64,000 nucleotides of DNA, taken from the NCBI GenBank assembly GCA_035193785.1, contig CP136572.1, forward strand, positions 2,932,578-2,996,577, in the 5' to 3' direction. This DNA is from Planktothrix sp. GU0601_MAG3. Its GTDB lineage: Bacteria; Cyanobacteriota; Cyanobacteriia; Cyanobacteriales; Microcoleaceae. Position numbers and translations under genes: made by a program. Shown here piece after piece: positions 48,390 through 58,973 of this stretch. A model generated the notes under the pieces. The model made no database searches and was not told the DNA's origin. It saw only the letters and a program-made list of their open reading frames with translations. The stretch's first letter is position 1; each line of letters begins with the position of its first letter.

Positions 48390-48474
48390 CGGAGAAGGGG
48401 GGATTCGAACCCCCGGAACCTTGCGGCTCACCTGATTTCAAGTCAGGCGCATTCGACCACTCTGCCACCTCTCC
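48390..48474 (-). tRNA. trnS: tRNA-Ser(TGA)
   Basis: GGAGAGGTGGCAGAGTGGTCGAATGCGCCTGACTTGAAATCAGG..long variable arm..GGGGGTTCGAATCCCCCCTTCTCCG; CCA not encoded. Confidence 0.97.
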
Positions 48475-48502
48475 AACTGCCTATCTATTAGCTAGAAAAG
48501 CA

Positions 48503-49468
48503 TTATACCACGATTGAAGATTCTGCCAAGCGCCCGGGGGAACTATATAACAATTCCGCCTCAACCCCGGGAAAATCCTGACTGACCCAGACTAGGGACA
48601 CTTCCGAGACTTGGTTTTGTTCTAAACTCACGATTGAAAAATTCCGTTGCTGACCTCTGCGGGTTGTTCTGATACGACCAACACAGGCTGCATTTAGATA
48701 TACCGTCCCTTCTGGACTGGTTACTAACCGTTGACGCTGACGGCTTTTAGTATGGCGCAGGTGATGGTGCATATGACCAAAAGCGACTAAGGGAATGGTT
48801 TTACCCCGGGTGCGAGCATGGGCGATGGCTTCGGCCAAATCGGGATCACCATAATCTCCCCCAATCGGGTTCCAATCCTTCCCGCAGGGGGCCTCTGCTG
48901 CCTCTCCTAACCCCGTGGGGCCGTTGTGACTTAAAAACAGAATCCGGTCGTAGGTCGCCGTTTCCACCGCCTGAATCATGCGTTGGGCGGAGGCGGCCAA
49001 ACCATCGACACCAAATCGCTCCTTGTAGAAATCGTGATATTTCCATTCTGGCCCCCCCCAACTGAAGGGACGGCCTCCGACTACGGTTAATTGCAAATCG
49101 GGAAAGTCCCGTTTTCCGTAGCCAACGTGATCTTCCCCAATCAAATCCAGTTGTTCTTGGACACGATCTTCTATTGTCCGATTATAGGGACATTTTTGGC
49201 GTCCCCAGTCGGTGGCGGTGTACCAGGCGTCATGGTTGCCGAAAACGACGGCTTTGGGGGTATCGACGGCGGCGATGGTTTTGACGACATCCACCGCCTC
49301 ATTGCCAAAATCTCCCACAAATAGGACTAAATCAACCTCTAAAGACTTCAATGCTAGGGCGTCCGCCTGTTCCCATTGATCATGAACGTCTCCAACAACG
49401 GCAATTTTCAGGGGTTTGATATTCACAGGGATGATAGTTTCAAAGATTCCTAACCTAAGAATAAGCAA
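48503..49468 (-). CDS. Metallophosphoesterase (TIGR04168-like); true start probably near 49426
   Basis: IAVVGDVH; FVGDFGNE; GNHDAW; SHNGPTG; AFGHMHH. Confidence 0.85.
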   Translation of the reverse strand: MLILRLGIFETIIPVNIKPLKIAVVGDVHDQWEQADALALKSLEVDLVLFVGDFGNEAVDVVKTIAAVDTPKAVVFGNHDAWYTATDWGRQKCPYNRTIEDRVQEQLDLIGEDHVGYGKRDFPDLQLTVVGGRPFSWGGPEWKYHDFYKERFGVDGLAASAQRMIQAVETATYDRILFLSHNGPTGLGEAAEAPCGKDWNPIGGDYGDPDLAEAIAHARTRGKTIPLVAFGHMHHHLRHTKSRQRQRLVTSPEGTVYLNAACVGRIRTTRRGQQRNFSIVSLEQNQVSEVSLVWVSQDFPGVEAELLYSSPGRLAESSIVV

Positions 49469-49556
49469 TTTTGGGGCAACGGTGAATCCCCTTTTTTGGT
49501 GAATTCAACTATAATTAAACTACCCTGAACAATATTGAGAGTTCCGATAAGGTTCT

Positions 49557-50552
49557 ATGTTTACATCCACCTTTCCCGCGACCAACCGTTCGACTGTTGC
49601 CGATTTACCCCAGGATTTATTTGCAGCGATTCAAGAGCTTAAGCAAAAATTAAATGCGGTTATTTTGGCGCATTACTATCAAGATCCCGATATTCAAGAT
49701 ATTGCTGATTATATTGGAGATTCCCTGGGACTGGCGCGACAGGCGGCGCAGACCGATGCCGATGTGATTGTTTTTGCTGGGGTTCACTTTATGGCGGAAA
49801 CCGCTAAAATTTTGAATCCTGATAAGTTGGTATTGTTGCCTGACTTGGATGCGGGGTGTTCTTTGGCCGAAAGTTGTCCCCCCGATGCTTTTGCTCAATT
49901 CAAAGCTGAACATCCCGGTCATATTGTGGTGTCTTATATTAATTGTACCGCCGAAATTAAGGCGATGAGTGATATTATCTGCACCAGTTCTAATGCGGTG
50001 GAGCTTGTCCGACAAATTCCAGAAAATCAGCCGATTATTTTTGCACCCGATCGGAATTTAGGGCGATATGTGATGGCGGAAACCGGACGAGAAATGGTAT
50101 TATGGGAGGGGGCCTGTATGGTGCATGAAAATTTCTCCCAGAAGAAGTTAGTGCAGCTAAAAATTGAACATCCCCAAGCGGAAATTATTGCCCATCCTGA
50201 ATGTGAACTTCCGGTTTTAGACCAGGCGGATTATATTGGTTCCACCACGGCATTATTAAATTATGTCAAAAATAGTCCTAAGTTAAGTTTTATTGTGGCA
50301 ACTGAACCCGGAATTATTCATCAAATGGAGAAGGAAACCCAGGGGAAATCATTTATTCCCGCCCCCCCCATAAGTAGTTGCGCCTGTAATGAATGCCCGC
50401 ACATGAGGTTAAATACCTTAGAAAAACTATATTTAGCGATGAAAAATTGTTCTCCCGAAATTACCCTTTCTGAAGAAATCCGAATCGCCGCTTTACGTCC
50501 GATTCAACGAATGTTAGAAATGAGTCAAAATATTCATGTTTCTAAGGGATAG
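49557..50552 (+). CDS. nadA: Quinolinate synthase
   Basis: [44 protein letters not shown]. Confidence 0.96.
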   Translation: MFTSTFPATNRSTVADLPQDLFAAIQELKQKLNAVILAHYYQDPDIQDIADYIGDSLGLARQAAQTDADVIVFAGVHFMAETAKILNPDKLVLLPDLDAGCSLAESCPPDAFAQFKAEHPGHIVVSYINCTAEIKAMSDIICTSSNAVELVRQIPENQPIIFAPDRNLGRYVMAETGREMVLWEGACMVHENFSQKKLVQLKIEHPQAEIIAHPECELPVLDQADYIGSTTALLNYVKNSPKLSFIVATEPGIIHQMEKETQGKSFIPAPPISSCACNECPHMRLNTLEKLYLAMKNCSPEITLSEEIRIAALRPIQRMLEMSQNIHVSKG

Positions 50553-50601
50553 GAAGGAGTTAGGAAAATCACAATTTTTGTCAAAATTGTAATATTCTAT
50601 G

Positions 50602-50668
50602 GTAGGAGTTTGTTCTCTAAACCTGATTCGAGGTCTAGTTGAGAGAACAAGCTCCTACATTTTTTTTC
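50602..50668 (+). terminator. Long inverted repeat with T-tract after nadA (terminator or GTAG-type element)
   Basis: gtaggagtttgttctct ... agagaacaagctcctac followed by a T-run. Confidence 0.55.
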
Positions 50669-50742
50669 AGGAATCACTTATGATTGCATTATAAAACCCA
50701 GATCAAAAATCTCTTTATCAAGATTAAACGGATAAATTTATC

Positions 50743-51375
50743 ATGAGTAAACATTTAATTATTTTCACCCGTTATCCCGAACCCGGAAAAACAAAAACCC
50801 GTTTAATTCCGGTTGTGGGAGAAATTGGAGCGGCAAATTTGCATCGTCAAATGACGGAAAAAACCCTGAATATAGCCCGACAATTACAACAAATAGAGCC
50901 TTTATCTATTGAGGTTAGATTTACTGGAGGTAATTTAGACGTGATGCAAAATTGGTTAGGAGCAGATTTAATTTATGATGCTCAAAGTTTTGGGGATTTG
51001 GGAAATCGGATGTCAAAAGCCTTTCAAATGGCATTTTATGAGGAAAAAAACCAGATTCTAATGGTGGGAACCGATTGCCCAGAACTAACCGTTGATATTT
51101 TATCTCAAGGATTTAAACTATTGCAAAGTAATGATATTGTGATCGGCCCGGCTAAGGATGGAGGATATTATTTAATTGGTTTAAAGAATTATATTCCTGA
51201 ATTATTTCAAGATATTCCTTGGGGAACTTCAATGGTTTGTGAGATGACCCTCAAAATTTGTGAAACTTTGAATTTGTCCGTCGGTAAATTACCTGTATTA
51301 TTAGATATTGATCGTCCTGAAGATTTGGTTTTTACTGAATTTAGCAATGAACAATTAGGGTATTATGGCCTGTAA
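50743..51375 (+). CDS. DUF2064/TIGR04282-family glycosyltransferase-like protein
   Basis: LIIFTRYPEPGKTKTRL; GDLGNRM; GTDCP; GPAKDGGYYLIG; DIDRPEDL. Confidence 0.85.
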   Translation: MSKHLIIFTRYPEPGKTKTRLIPVVGEIGAANLHRQMTEKTLNIARQLQQIEPLSIEVRFTGGNLDVMQNWLGADLIYDAQSFGDLGNRMSKAFQMAFYEEKNQILMVGTDCPELTVDILSQGFKLLQSNDIVIGPAKDGGYYLIGLKNYIPELFQDIPWGTSMVCEMTLKICETLNLSVGKLPVLLDIDRPEDLVFTEFSNEQLGYYGL

Positions 51376-51504
51376 TGGCTATTTCCTAGAGGTTGAGATT
51401 TAAGACTGACTCCCCAAAACCTAAGTAATCTGGGATGATGGAGAGAGTATTCCGTGGCTGTGTGATTCTAAATCAATACTGGGACTATTCGTGAGGCTAA
51501 TGAT

Positions 51505-52332
51505 ATGGAGGTTGATGAATTATTAAAACGCTATGCAGAAGGAGAACGCCTGTTTCGAGCCGTTAGCCTCGTGGGGGTGGATTTAAGTGGTGTTGACCTC
51601 CGGGAAGCCACAATTGCCCGAGCTAACTTGGAAAATACCACCTTCGTAGGGGCTAACTTAATCGGGGCGAATTTTCGAGAAACCAAGTTTGCGGGTGTTG
51701 ACTTCACCGATGCGGATTTAAGCGATGTTAACTTAATTGGGAGCTATTTAGGCGATACCAAGTTTAACCGAGCCAATTTAAGCGGGTCGAGTTTGCGCGG
51801 GTCTTCTGCCAAAAATGTTAGCTTTACTCAAGCTAATCTCACCGAAGCTAACCTGACGGAATCGAATTTTTCAGGGGCGAATTTTGCGGGGGCGAATTTA
51901 ACCCATGCTACCTTAGTCCGAACTAATTTGATGAAAGCTAATCTCACTGGGGCGATTTTAGAAAGCGCGAACCTAACCAATGTGATTATGCGAGAAACTA
52001 TCCTAGAAGGGGCAAACTTAACGAATGCGACCCTGAGTGGAGGAATGATGATTGGGGCTAATTTCCATGAAGCAGATTTAACCCGTGTCACCATGATTGG
52101 GGCTGATTTAAGTGAAGCTAACCTGAGTGAAGCTAACCTCCGAGGGGCTAATGTGACTTGGACGACTTTACGCGGGGCGAATATGAGCCGAGCTAGACTC
52201 TACCGCACTAAATTATCCTGGTCAAATTTAAGTGGTGTTAATCTGATTGAAGCCATTATGATTGATACCAAATTAGACCAAGCCAATTTGAGAGATGCGG
52301 ATACCCGAGGTGCAATTTTACCGAATAAATAA
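51505..52332 (+). CDS. Pentapeptide repeat protein
   Basis: ELLKRYAEGERLF cap followed by A(N/D)Lxx repeats. Confidence 0.92.
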   Translation: MEVDELLKRYAEGERLFRAVSLVGVDLSGVDLREATIARANLENTTFVGANLIGANFRETKFAGVDFTDADLSDVNLIGSYLGDTKFNRANLSGSSLRGSSAKNVSFTQANLTEANLTESNFSGANFAGANLTHATLVRTNLMKANLTGAILESANLTNVIMRETILEGANLTNATLSGGMMIGANFHEADLTRVTMIGADLSEANLSEANLRGANVTWTTLRGANMSRARLYRTKLSWSNLSGVNLIEAIMIDTKLDQANLRDADTRGAILPNK

Positions 52333-52345
52333 TGGATAGGTTTCT

Positions 52346-53356
52346 GTGGAAATACAATCGACCATTGATTCTCAAGAACTGTTGCTGCGTTATTTGGCTG
52401 GAGAACGGGATTTTAGCCATGTTAACTTGATTGGAGCCCATCTATGTCAAGTCAATTTGGTTGGGGCTAATTTAACCGGAGCATCTTTAGCTCGGGCGGA
52501 TTTAACCAGGGCGATACTCCATGAAGTTAACTTGACCAATGCCTTTTTGTACGGGAGTAATTTAAGTTTTGTCAAGTTGGGTCGAGGACAATTAAAAAAT
52601 GCCGATTTGACCAAAGCTAACCTAGAAGGAGCATTTTTGGTCAAGTCCGAAATGAGCGGCGTTAAACTTAGTGGCGCTATTTTACGCGGGGTTAACCTAC
52701 GAGCGGCTAATTTATCCGGGGTGAATTTATGTGGGGCAAATTTGGTGGATGTAAATTTACGCGGGGCTAATTTAAGTCAAGCTAATTTAAGCTGGGCAAA
52801 TTTGACTCACGCTAGACTCACAGGGGCAATTTTTAAAGATACCCAAATGACCGGAATTAATCTGAGTTATTCCCATTTATTAGAACTGAATCTGCAAGGA
52901 TTGGATTTAAGTGGAGTCAATTTTACCCAAGCTATGATGACCCGAATTAATTTACAAGATTGTGATTTAACGGCGGGAAATTTAGGCCAGACTCATTTAA
53001 AACAAGCGAATTTAAGCCGGGCTAAATTACAAGATGCTAATTTAGTTGAAGCTAATCTAATCAGTAGTAATTTAACCGATGCGGTGTTAATCCGGGCGGA
53101 TTTATCCGGGGCTATTCTAACCCATGCGGCCCTGATGGGAGCAAATTTGAATTTAGCTATCTTGAAAAAAGCGGATTTGCGCGGTGCTAATCTGCGAAAT
53201 GCCTATCTCTGGAAAGCGGATTTATCCGGGGCCAATTTAGCGGGAGCCAATCTCTATGGAGCCAGTTTACGCGGTGCTAACTTAGAAGGAGTTGATTTAA
53301 CAAATGTTAATTTAACCGGGGCTACCCTTTCGGATGGGACAGTTAATCCAGGTTAA
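52346..53356 (+). CDS. Pentapeptide repeat protein
   Basis: ELLLRYLAGERDF cap followed by A(N/D)Lxx repeats. Confidence 0.92.
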   Translation: MEIQSTIDSQELLLRYLAGERDFSHVNLIGAHLCQVNLVGANLTGASLARADLTRAILHEVNLTNAFLYGSNLSFVKLGRGQLKNADLTKANLEGAFLVKSEMSGVKLSGAILRGVNLRAANLSGVNLCGANLVDVNLRGANLSQANLSWANLTHARLTGAIFKDTQMTGINLSYSHLLELNLQGLDLSGVNFTQAMMTRINLQDCDLTAGNLGQTHLKQANLSRAKLQDANLVEANLISSNLTDAVLIRADLSGAILTHAALMGANLNLAILKKADLRGANLRNAYLWKADLSGANLAGANLYGASLRGANLEGVDLTNVNLTGATLSDGTVNPG

Positions 53357-53517
53357 GCTGACTGTTCCCAGTCCGAGGTTCTGAACGCTATTAAATCCTG
53401 GTTTGTGAAGGTTTAAAATTGCCATATTCTAACATTTTAAAGTAAATAAAACAACCCTTTTTTTTATTGCCAATTCAAGGCAAAATAGAAGTATAGAGTT
53501 TTTGTGAATTAGCCACT

Positions 53518-54136
53518 ATGATGCTTACAGCTAGAGATATTATGACTGCTGAGGTGGTCACCATCAAGGGTTTCCGCCACCGTTGCCGATGCCGTGGAAC
53601 AAATGAATGATCTTTGTTTACGCGCCTTGATTGTTGAACGGCGTCATCCACAGGATGCCTATGGGATTGTGACTGAAACCGATATTGTCTACAAAGTCAC
53701 CGCCTACGGGAAAGATCCTAAAAAAATCCGGGTTTATGAAATTATGACTAAACCTTGTATTTCTGTGAATCCTGACCTGGGTGTGGAATATGTGGCGCGG
53801 CTTTTTGCCCAAACCGGAATTCGTCGCGCTCCCGTAATTCAGGATGGACTCCTGGGAGTTGTTTCGGTTACGGATATTCTGAGTAAGGGAGACTTTGTAG
53901 AAAATCCTAAAAGCATTTTATTAGAAGAACGGATTCAAGAGTCCATTGATGAAGCTCGGGCGATTTGTGCAGAAAAAGGAGCCACTTCTAAAGAATGTGC
54001 CTCGGCTTGGGATATTGTAGAGGAATTACAAGCAGAAGCAGCCCACCAAAAAGCCGAACGTTTAGATAAAACCGCCTTTGATTTGTACTGTGAAGAAAAT
54101 CCCGGCGCGGCAGAAGCTCGGTTGTATGACACTTAA
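53518..54136 (+). CDS. CBS-CP12 fusion protein (apparent frameshift at 53570-53574)
   Basis: MLTARDIMTAEVVTIKGSATVADAV CBS pair; CP12 core ICAEKGATSKECASAWDIVEEL..YCEENPGAAEARLYD. Confidence 0.9.
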
Positions 54137-54293
54137 TCATTGATAATAGTGCTTTAGGTGAACAAACTTCCTATCAATAGTTACATTTTCCCCCTCTGAC
54201 ATAGTAGTACTGAGGGGGTGTGTCTTTGTATAACCAGAGGAAATAAGCAACAGTAACAAGGGAAAAAAGATGCCAGATTACTTCTTAAATTAA

Positions 54294-56506
54294 ATGTTAA
54301 CCAAACTCCCCTTAAGGATTATTTTTATTATTCCCTTTATCTTACAAGTTTCTGGTATTGTGGGATTAGTAGGATATTTGTCCTATAAAACTGGACAAAA
54401 AACCGTAGAAGATTTAGCCACCCAGTTAATGAATGAGGTGGGCGATCACATTGAGCACAATTTACAACTCCATTTACAAAATTCCCATGAAATTAATCAA
54501 GTTAACTTAATCCAAATTGAACTAAATTTATTAAATTTACGAAATTTATATCCCTGGGAAAAATATCTGTTGCGACAAATTCAACTCCACCCCGATATGG
54601 CTTATATTGCTGTCACAACCGATAAAAATCAACAACGGAGCGCAGAGAAATTATTAGATGGCAGTCTTTATATTAACCTGGTGGGGGATGATGTGGGGAT
54701 GAATTTTTATGGTATTAAAGTGAATAAAAATGGCGATCGCATCACGGGAAATTTGATGATCAAAAATTATGATCTGCGCCAAAATCCCAGTTATCAAAAA
54801 GCAGTCCAAGCTGGAAAATCATCTTGGAGTGATGTGTTTGTTTCTTTCCGAGAACCGACCTTATTAATTAGTGCTTTAGAACCTATTTATAATCCCAATA
54901 AACAGATAGTTGGGGTGTTACTCTCTACTTTACGCCTCGATCAGATTGGTCACTTTTTAAATAGCTTGAAAATCGGTAAATCAGGACAAACTTTTATTAT
55001 TGAAAAAACTGGTAAATTGTTAGCTACTTCCACGGGAGAAATTCCCTTTCGCTCGGTCAAGGGTGAAAAAAAATTGTTTCTAGCCTCCGAAAGTACAAAT
55101 CCTGTCACCCGAGCTACGGCGGAATATTTAAAAACTCAATTTTCTCAATTAAAATCACTTCCTAAAAACTCCAAAATCAACTTAAAAATCCAGCAGGAAA
55201 ACTATTTTTTAAATTTGGTTTCCCTTTCAAGATTCTCGGGGGTTGGAATGGCTGATTGTCATTGTGGTTCCCGAAAATGATTTTTTAGGACAAATTAATG
55301 CCAATAATCAAACCACTCTTTTGCTGGGTGTGGGTGCATTTTTTGTCGCTTTATTGATGGGTTTATTAATGACTCAATGGGTGATTAAACCGATTATTAA
55401 ACTCAATCAAGCCTCGAAAAATCTTGCTCAAGGAGAATGGAATCAAACAACGGAAGTCAACCGTTATGATGAACTGGGAGAATTAGAAGCATCTTTTAAT
55501 TTTATGGCAAATAAGTTAAAAGAATCCTTTTCTATTCTCCAAGATAATGAACATCGTTTAAACCAATTTTTAGATGCTGTTCCCATTGGAATTACGGTGC
55601 ATGAACCCACGGGAAAAATTTATTATGTCAACCAAAAAGGTTTAGAAATATTGGAAATAAAAGCTATTTTAGATTCAGAAAAACAGGATTTGAGTCAGAC
55701 TTACAGAATTTACAAACTAGGAACAAATCAATTTTACCCAACCGAGGAGTTACCTATTATTAGAGCCTTAGACGGAGAAACTATTTATTTAGATGATTTG
55801 CAAATTTTTCAATCAGAAAAAATGATTCCGGTGGAAATTTGGGCTACTCCGATTTATAATCATCAAGGTGAAATTATTTATGCGATCGCCGCCTTTCAAG
55901 ATATTAGTCAACGCAAACAAACCGAACAAATTTTAGCAGACTATAATCGTGTCCTAGAAACCGAGGTTAAACAACGCACCACCGAACTCGCAGAAGCCAA
56001 AGATAAAGCCGAAGTCGCCAACCGTGCTAAAGGTATTTTTCTGGCGAATATGAGCCATGAAACTGCGAACGCCCTTGAATATAATTTTGGGTTTTACCCA
56101 AATTATGAAGAGTTCTCAGACCCTATCTCCTAAGGATCGAGAAGATATTAAAAGTATTAATAATAGTGGGGAAGATTTATTGAAATTAATTAATAATATT
56201 TTATCTTTTACAAAAACCGAAGTAGAAACCATAAACCCTAATTTTGATCAGGAAATTTATGTAGATACTCAAACAAACCTAAAAACTTTTAACCTAACGG
56301 CGGAAACTTTTTCGGGAATGTCCTTAGAATGGATAGAACAATTATATCAAGCTATTTCTTCCTTAGACGAACCTTTGATTTTTAGTTTAATTGAGAAAAT
56401 TCCACCAGAAAAACAGGAGTTATCGGAAGAATTAAAATATTGGGTGAATCATTTTAGGTTTGATTTAATTTTTAATATCCTGGAAAATATGATCCAAAAA
56501 TCTTAG
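54294..56506 (+). CDS. dCache-HAMP-PAS-HisKA sensor lacking HATPase and receiver domains (apparent frameshifts at 55218-55222 and 56059-56063)
   Basis: TM-Cache-TM, HAMP DELGELEASFNFM, PAS, FLANMSHELRTPLN after repair, then directly a helical tail; no N/G boxes. Confidence 0.8.
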
Positions 56507-57364
56507 TTAACCATGAATCCAACCATTCAGAGTAAATCGACCATCAGTAAACTTTTGAGCGGGACAATACACGGGTAAAACTTCATGTTTACAGCGACTA
56601 TCAAAAAATATAATACTGTTATTTCGAGGTTGAATTTGAGTGAATTTTTCTTGAATTATGGAGGATGTTTCTGTGATTTTGGTTTGATATAATCTCAAAT
56701 CTCCACCAAAAAATGGTTGGGGTTGTTGATAAAAATAGTACACATAGGTTAATTTACGATTTGCCGCTTTTCCCCCATCTACATCTTGATGAATTTTATA
56801 ATATCCCCCGTGTAAATGAGCCGTAATTTGGATTTCTAAATACGCCACTAAAAACATTTGTATTTTTAATTGTTCCATCACCTGCGGTCTGGCGGTGAGA
56901 ATTTTATGGGTAATTAATTCATGAAATTCTGTAAAGTGTTCGGGAAGTAAAATATAGGATTGACGATATTGTGATTCCTGATTTATTACTTCCGAGGAAA
57001 AGAAATTATTTTCATTAGTTAGGGTCAGATTTAAAAGTTTTTGACAATCTTCCTCTGAGAAAAAGTTATCAATCTGCACATAATCAGGATTTAGAATAAT
57101 TGCTTCTGATCCTTGAATATTATCATAATTATCAGCAGATAGAATGACTTCTGATGATTTTGAATTAAAATCTTTCTGCTGAGATAATATGCCTATTTCT
57201 AAGACTTTTAATGCTGCATTAAGCCGTTGCTCCTGGGGAACTTCCGGTTGATTAATACTAGATTTTACAATATCTAAGGCTTGGTTTAAAATCTGCTCAA
57301 ACCTGATATGGTAGTCCTGACTTCCTTCTAAATTAGAGAATGTTGGCGATGATGTTTCCGACAT
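56507..57364 (-). CDS. 2OG-Fe(II) oxygenase (prolyl-hydroxylase-like) with N-terminal helical extension
   Basis: YYKIHQD (HxD); TYVYYF; GGDLRLY; KHEVLPV; RFTLNGW. Confidence 0.85.
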   Translation of the reverse strand: MSETSSPTFSNLEGSQDYHIRFEQILNQALDIVKSSINQPEVPQEQRLNAALKVLEIGILSQQKDFNSKSSEVILSADNYDNIQGSEAIILNPDYVQIDNFFSEEDCQKLLNLTLTNENNFFSSEVINQESQYRQSYILLPEHFTEFHELITHKILTARPQVMEQLKIQMFLVAYLEIQITAHLHGGYYKIHQDVDGGKAANRKLTYVYYFYQQPQPFFGGDLRLYQTKITETSSIIQEKFTQIQPRNNSIIFFDSRCKHEVLPVYCPAQKFTDGRFTLNGWIHG

Positions 57365-57580
57365 AGATTAAAGTTTTGATAGAATGACTAATTAGGGTTG
57401 TTGGGATGAATACCCATTTTCGTCAGTGCTGAAATCAAATAACGAACTGACCTATATTGTACTCGATTTTGTTCCCCCAAGTCCAAAATATTTTTAAATA
57501 GGATTAAACTAAAAACAAGTTAAAACTAAAAATATGCAATACTTAAACACACCAACCCTGAAAATAGAGGAGAAATAACA

Positions 57581-58417
57581 TTGAATACCAAGAGGGAATA
57601 TACCCTAAAAGCCGGGTTTAGTTGTTCCGGTGTGGGATTGCATAGTGGTGTGAACACAACGGTTAGAGTTTTACCAGCAAATATTGGGGAAGGACGCTAT
57701 TTTGTGCGGGTTGATTTACCGGAAACCCCTAAAATTCCGGCTATATTGGAATCAGTATTATCCACAAATTTATCAACGGAATTAGGTGTTTCAAACGCTA
57801 AAATTAGAACCGTTGAACATTTGTTAGCCGCCTTGACGGGAATGGGAATTGATCACGCTAGAATTGAAATTGATGGCCCAGAAGTGCCCTTATTAGATGG
57901 TTCGGCTCAAAATTGGGTAGAGGCGATCGCCAGCGTTGGACGTCAACCCCTCGATAGTCCCTCCCAGGACGTCCCCAATTTTCAAATTACCCAGCCCCTA
58001 TCTGTCCAACAGGGGGACGGGTTTGTCGCCGCCTTTCCCGCATCCGAAACCCGATTTAGCTATGGAATTGATTTTTCGGTTCCAGCCATTGGCAATCAAT
58101 GGTATAGTTACACGGCTGATCCTGAAATCTTTGCCCGGGAAATTGCTCCGGCTCGAACCTTCACCCTAGAAGAACAGGTGGAACAGTTACGCCAATCGGG
58201 ACTGATTAAAGGAGGTAGTCTGGATAATGCGATTGTGTGCGGAAAATCGGGATGGTTAAATCCACCTTTGAGATATGCAAATGAACCCGTGCGTCATAAA
58301 ATTTTAGACTTAGTAGGGGATTTGAGTTTATTGGGTTTTATCCCTCAAGCTCATTACTTAGCATACAAAGCCGGACACCATCTCCATGTTCAACTGGTTC
58401 AGGAAATATCAAAGTAG
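57581..58417 (+). CDS. lpxC: UDP-3-O-acyl-N-acetylglucosamine deacetylase
   Basis: [41 protein letters not shown]. Confidence 0.95.
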   Translation: MNTKREYTLKAGFSCSGVGLHSGVNTTVRVLPANIGEGRYFVRVDLPETPKIPAILESVLSTNLSTELGVSNAKIRTVEHLLAALTGMGIDHARIEIDGPEVPLLDGSAQNWVEAIASVGRQPLDSPSQDVPNFQITQPLSVQQGDGFVAAFPASETRFSYGIDFSVPAIGNQWYSYTADPEIFAREIAPARTFTLEEQVEQLRQSGLIKGGSLDNAIVCGKSGWLNPPLRYANEPVRHKILDLVGDLSLLGFIPQAHYLAYKAGHHLHVQLVQEISK

Positions 58418-58434
58418 TAAGCCCTTTAGGGCTT
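58414..58434. repeat. GTAG-tagged REP-like palindrome containing the lpxC stop codon
   Basis: GTAGTAAGCCCTTTAGGGCTT; reverse complement of 11836-11856. Confidence 0.75.
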
Positions 58435-58470
58435 CTCTCTACCACTAACGCTAACTTAAATTCATCGGAT

Positions 58471-58933
58471 ATGGACGACGCCCCCGTGTTGAACGCTGAA
58501 ACAGTATTGATGATTGAGGAGATTCAAAATTTATTACCCCATCGCTATCCCTTTGCCTTGGTGGATCGAATTATTGAATATATCCCCGGGAAAAAGGCCG
58601 TGGGCCTCAAAAATGTCACCATTAACGAACCCCATTTTCAAGGTCACTTCCCCGGACGTCCGATTATGCCTGGGGTCTTGATTGTGGAAGCCATGGCCCA
58701 GGTGGGCGGAGTGGTTTTAACTCAACTTCCTGATTTGAAGGGTAGTTTGTTTTTATTTGCCGGAATTGATAAAGTCCGATTCCGTCGTCCCGTAGTTTCC
58801 TGGGGATCAATTGATCATGACCACGGAATTATTGGTCGTGAAACAACGGCGTTTTGGTAAAATGCAAGCTCGCGCCGAAGTCGATGGTAAACTGGCCTGT
58901 GAAGGGGAACTAATGTTCTCCCTTGTGGACTGA
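58471..58933 (+). CDS. fabZ: 3-hydroxyacyl-ACP dehydratase (apparent frameshift at 58795-58799)
   Basis: [36 protein letters not shown]; repaired [22 protein letters not shown]. Confidence 0.95.
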
Positions 58934-58973
58934 ATTCTTATACCTTATTAGGTTTTAACCCATTTTAATTTCT

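Noticed and set aside
48314..48474. Integrative element at tRNA-Ser
   Set aside because: No integrase and no duplicated tRNA 3' end were found in the window
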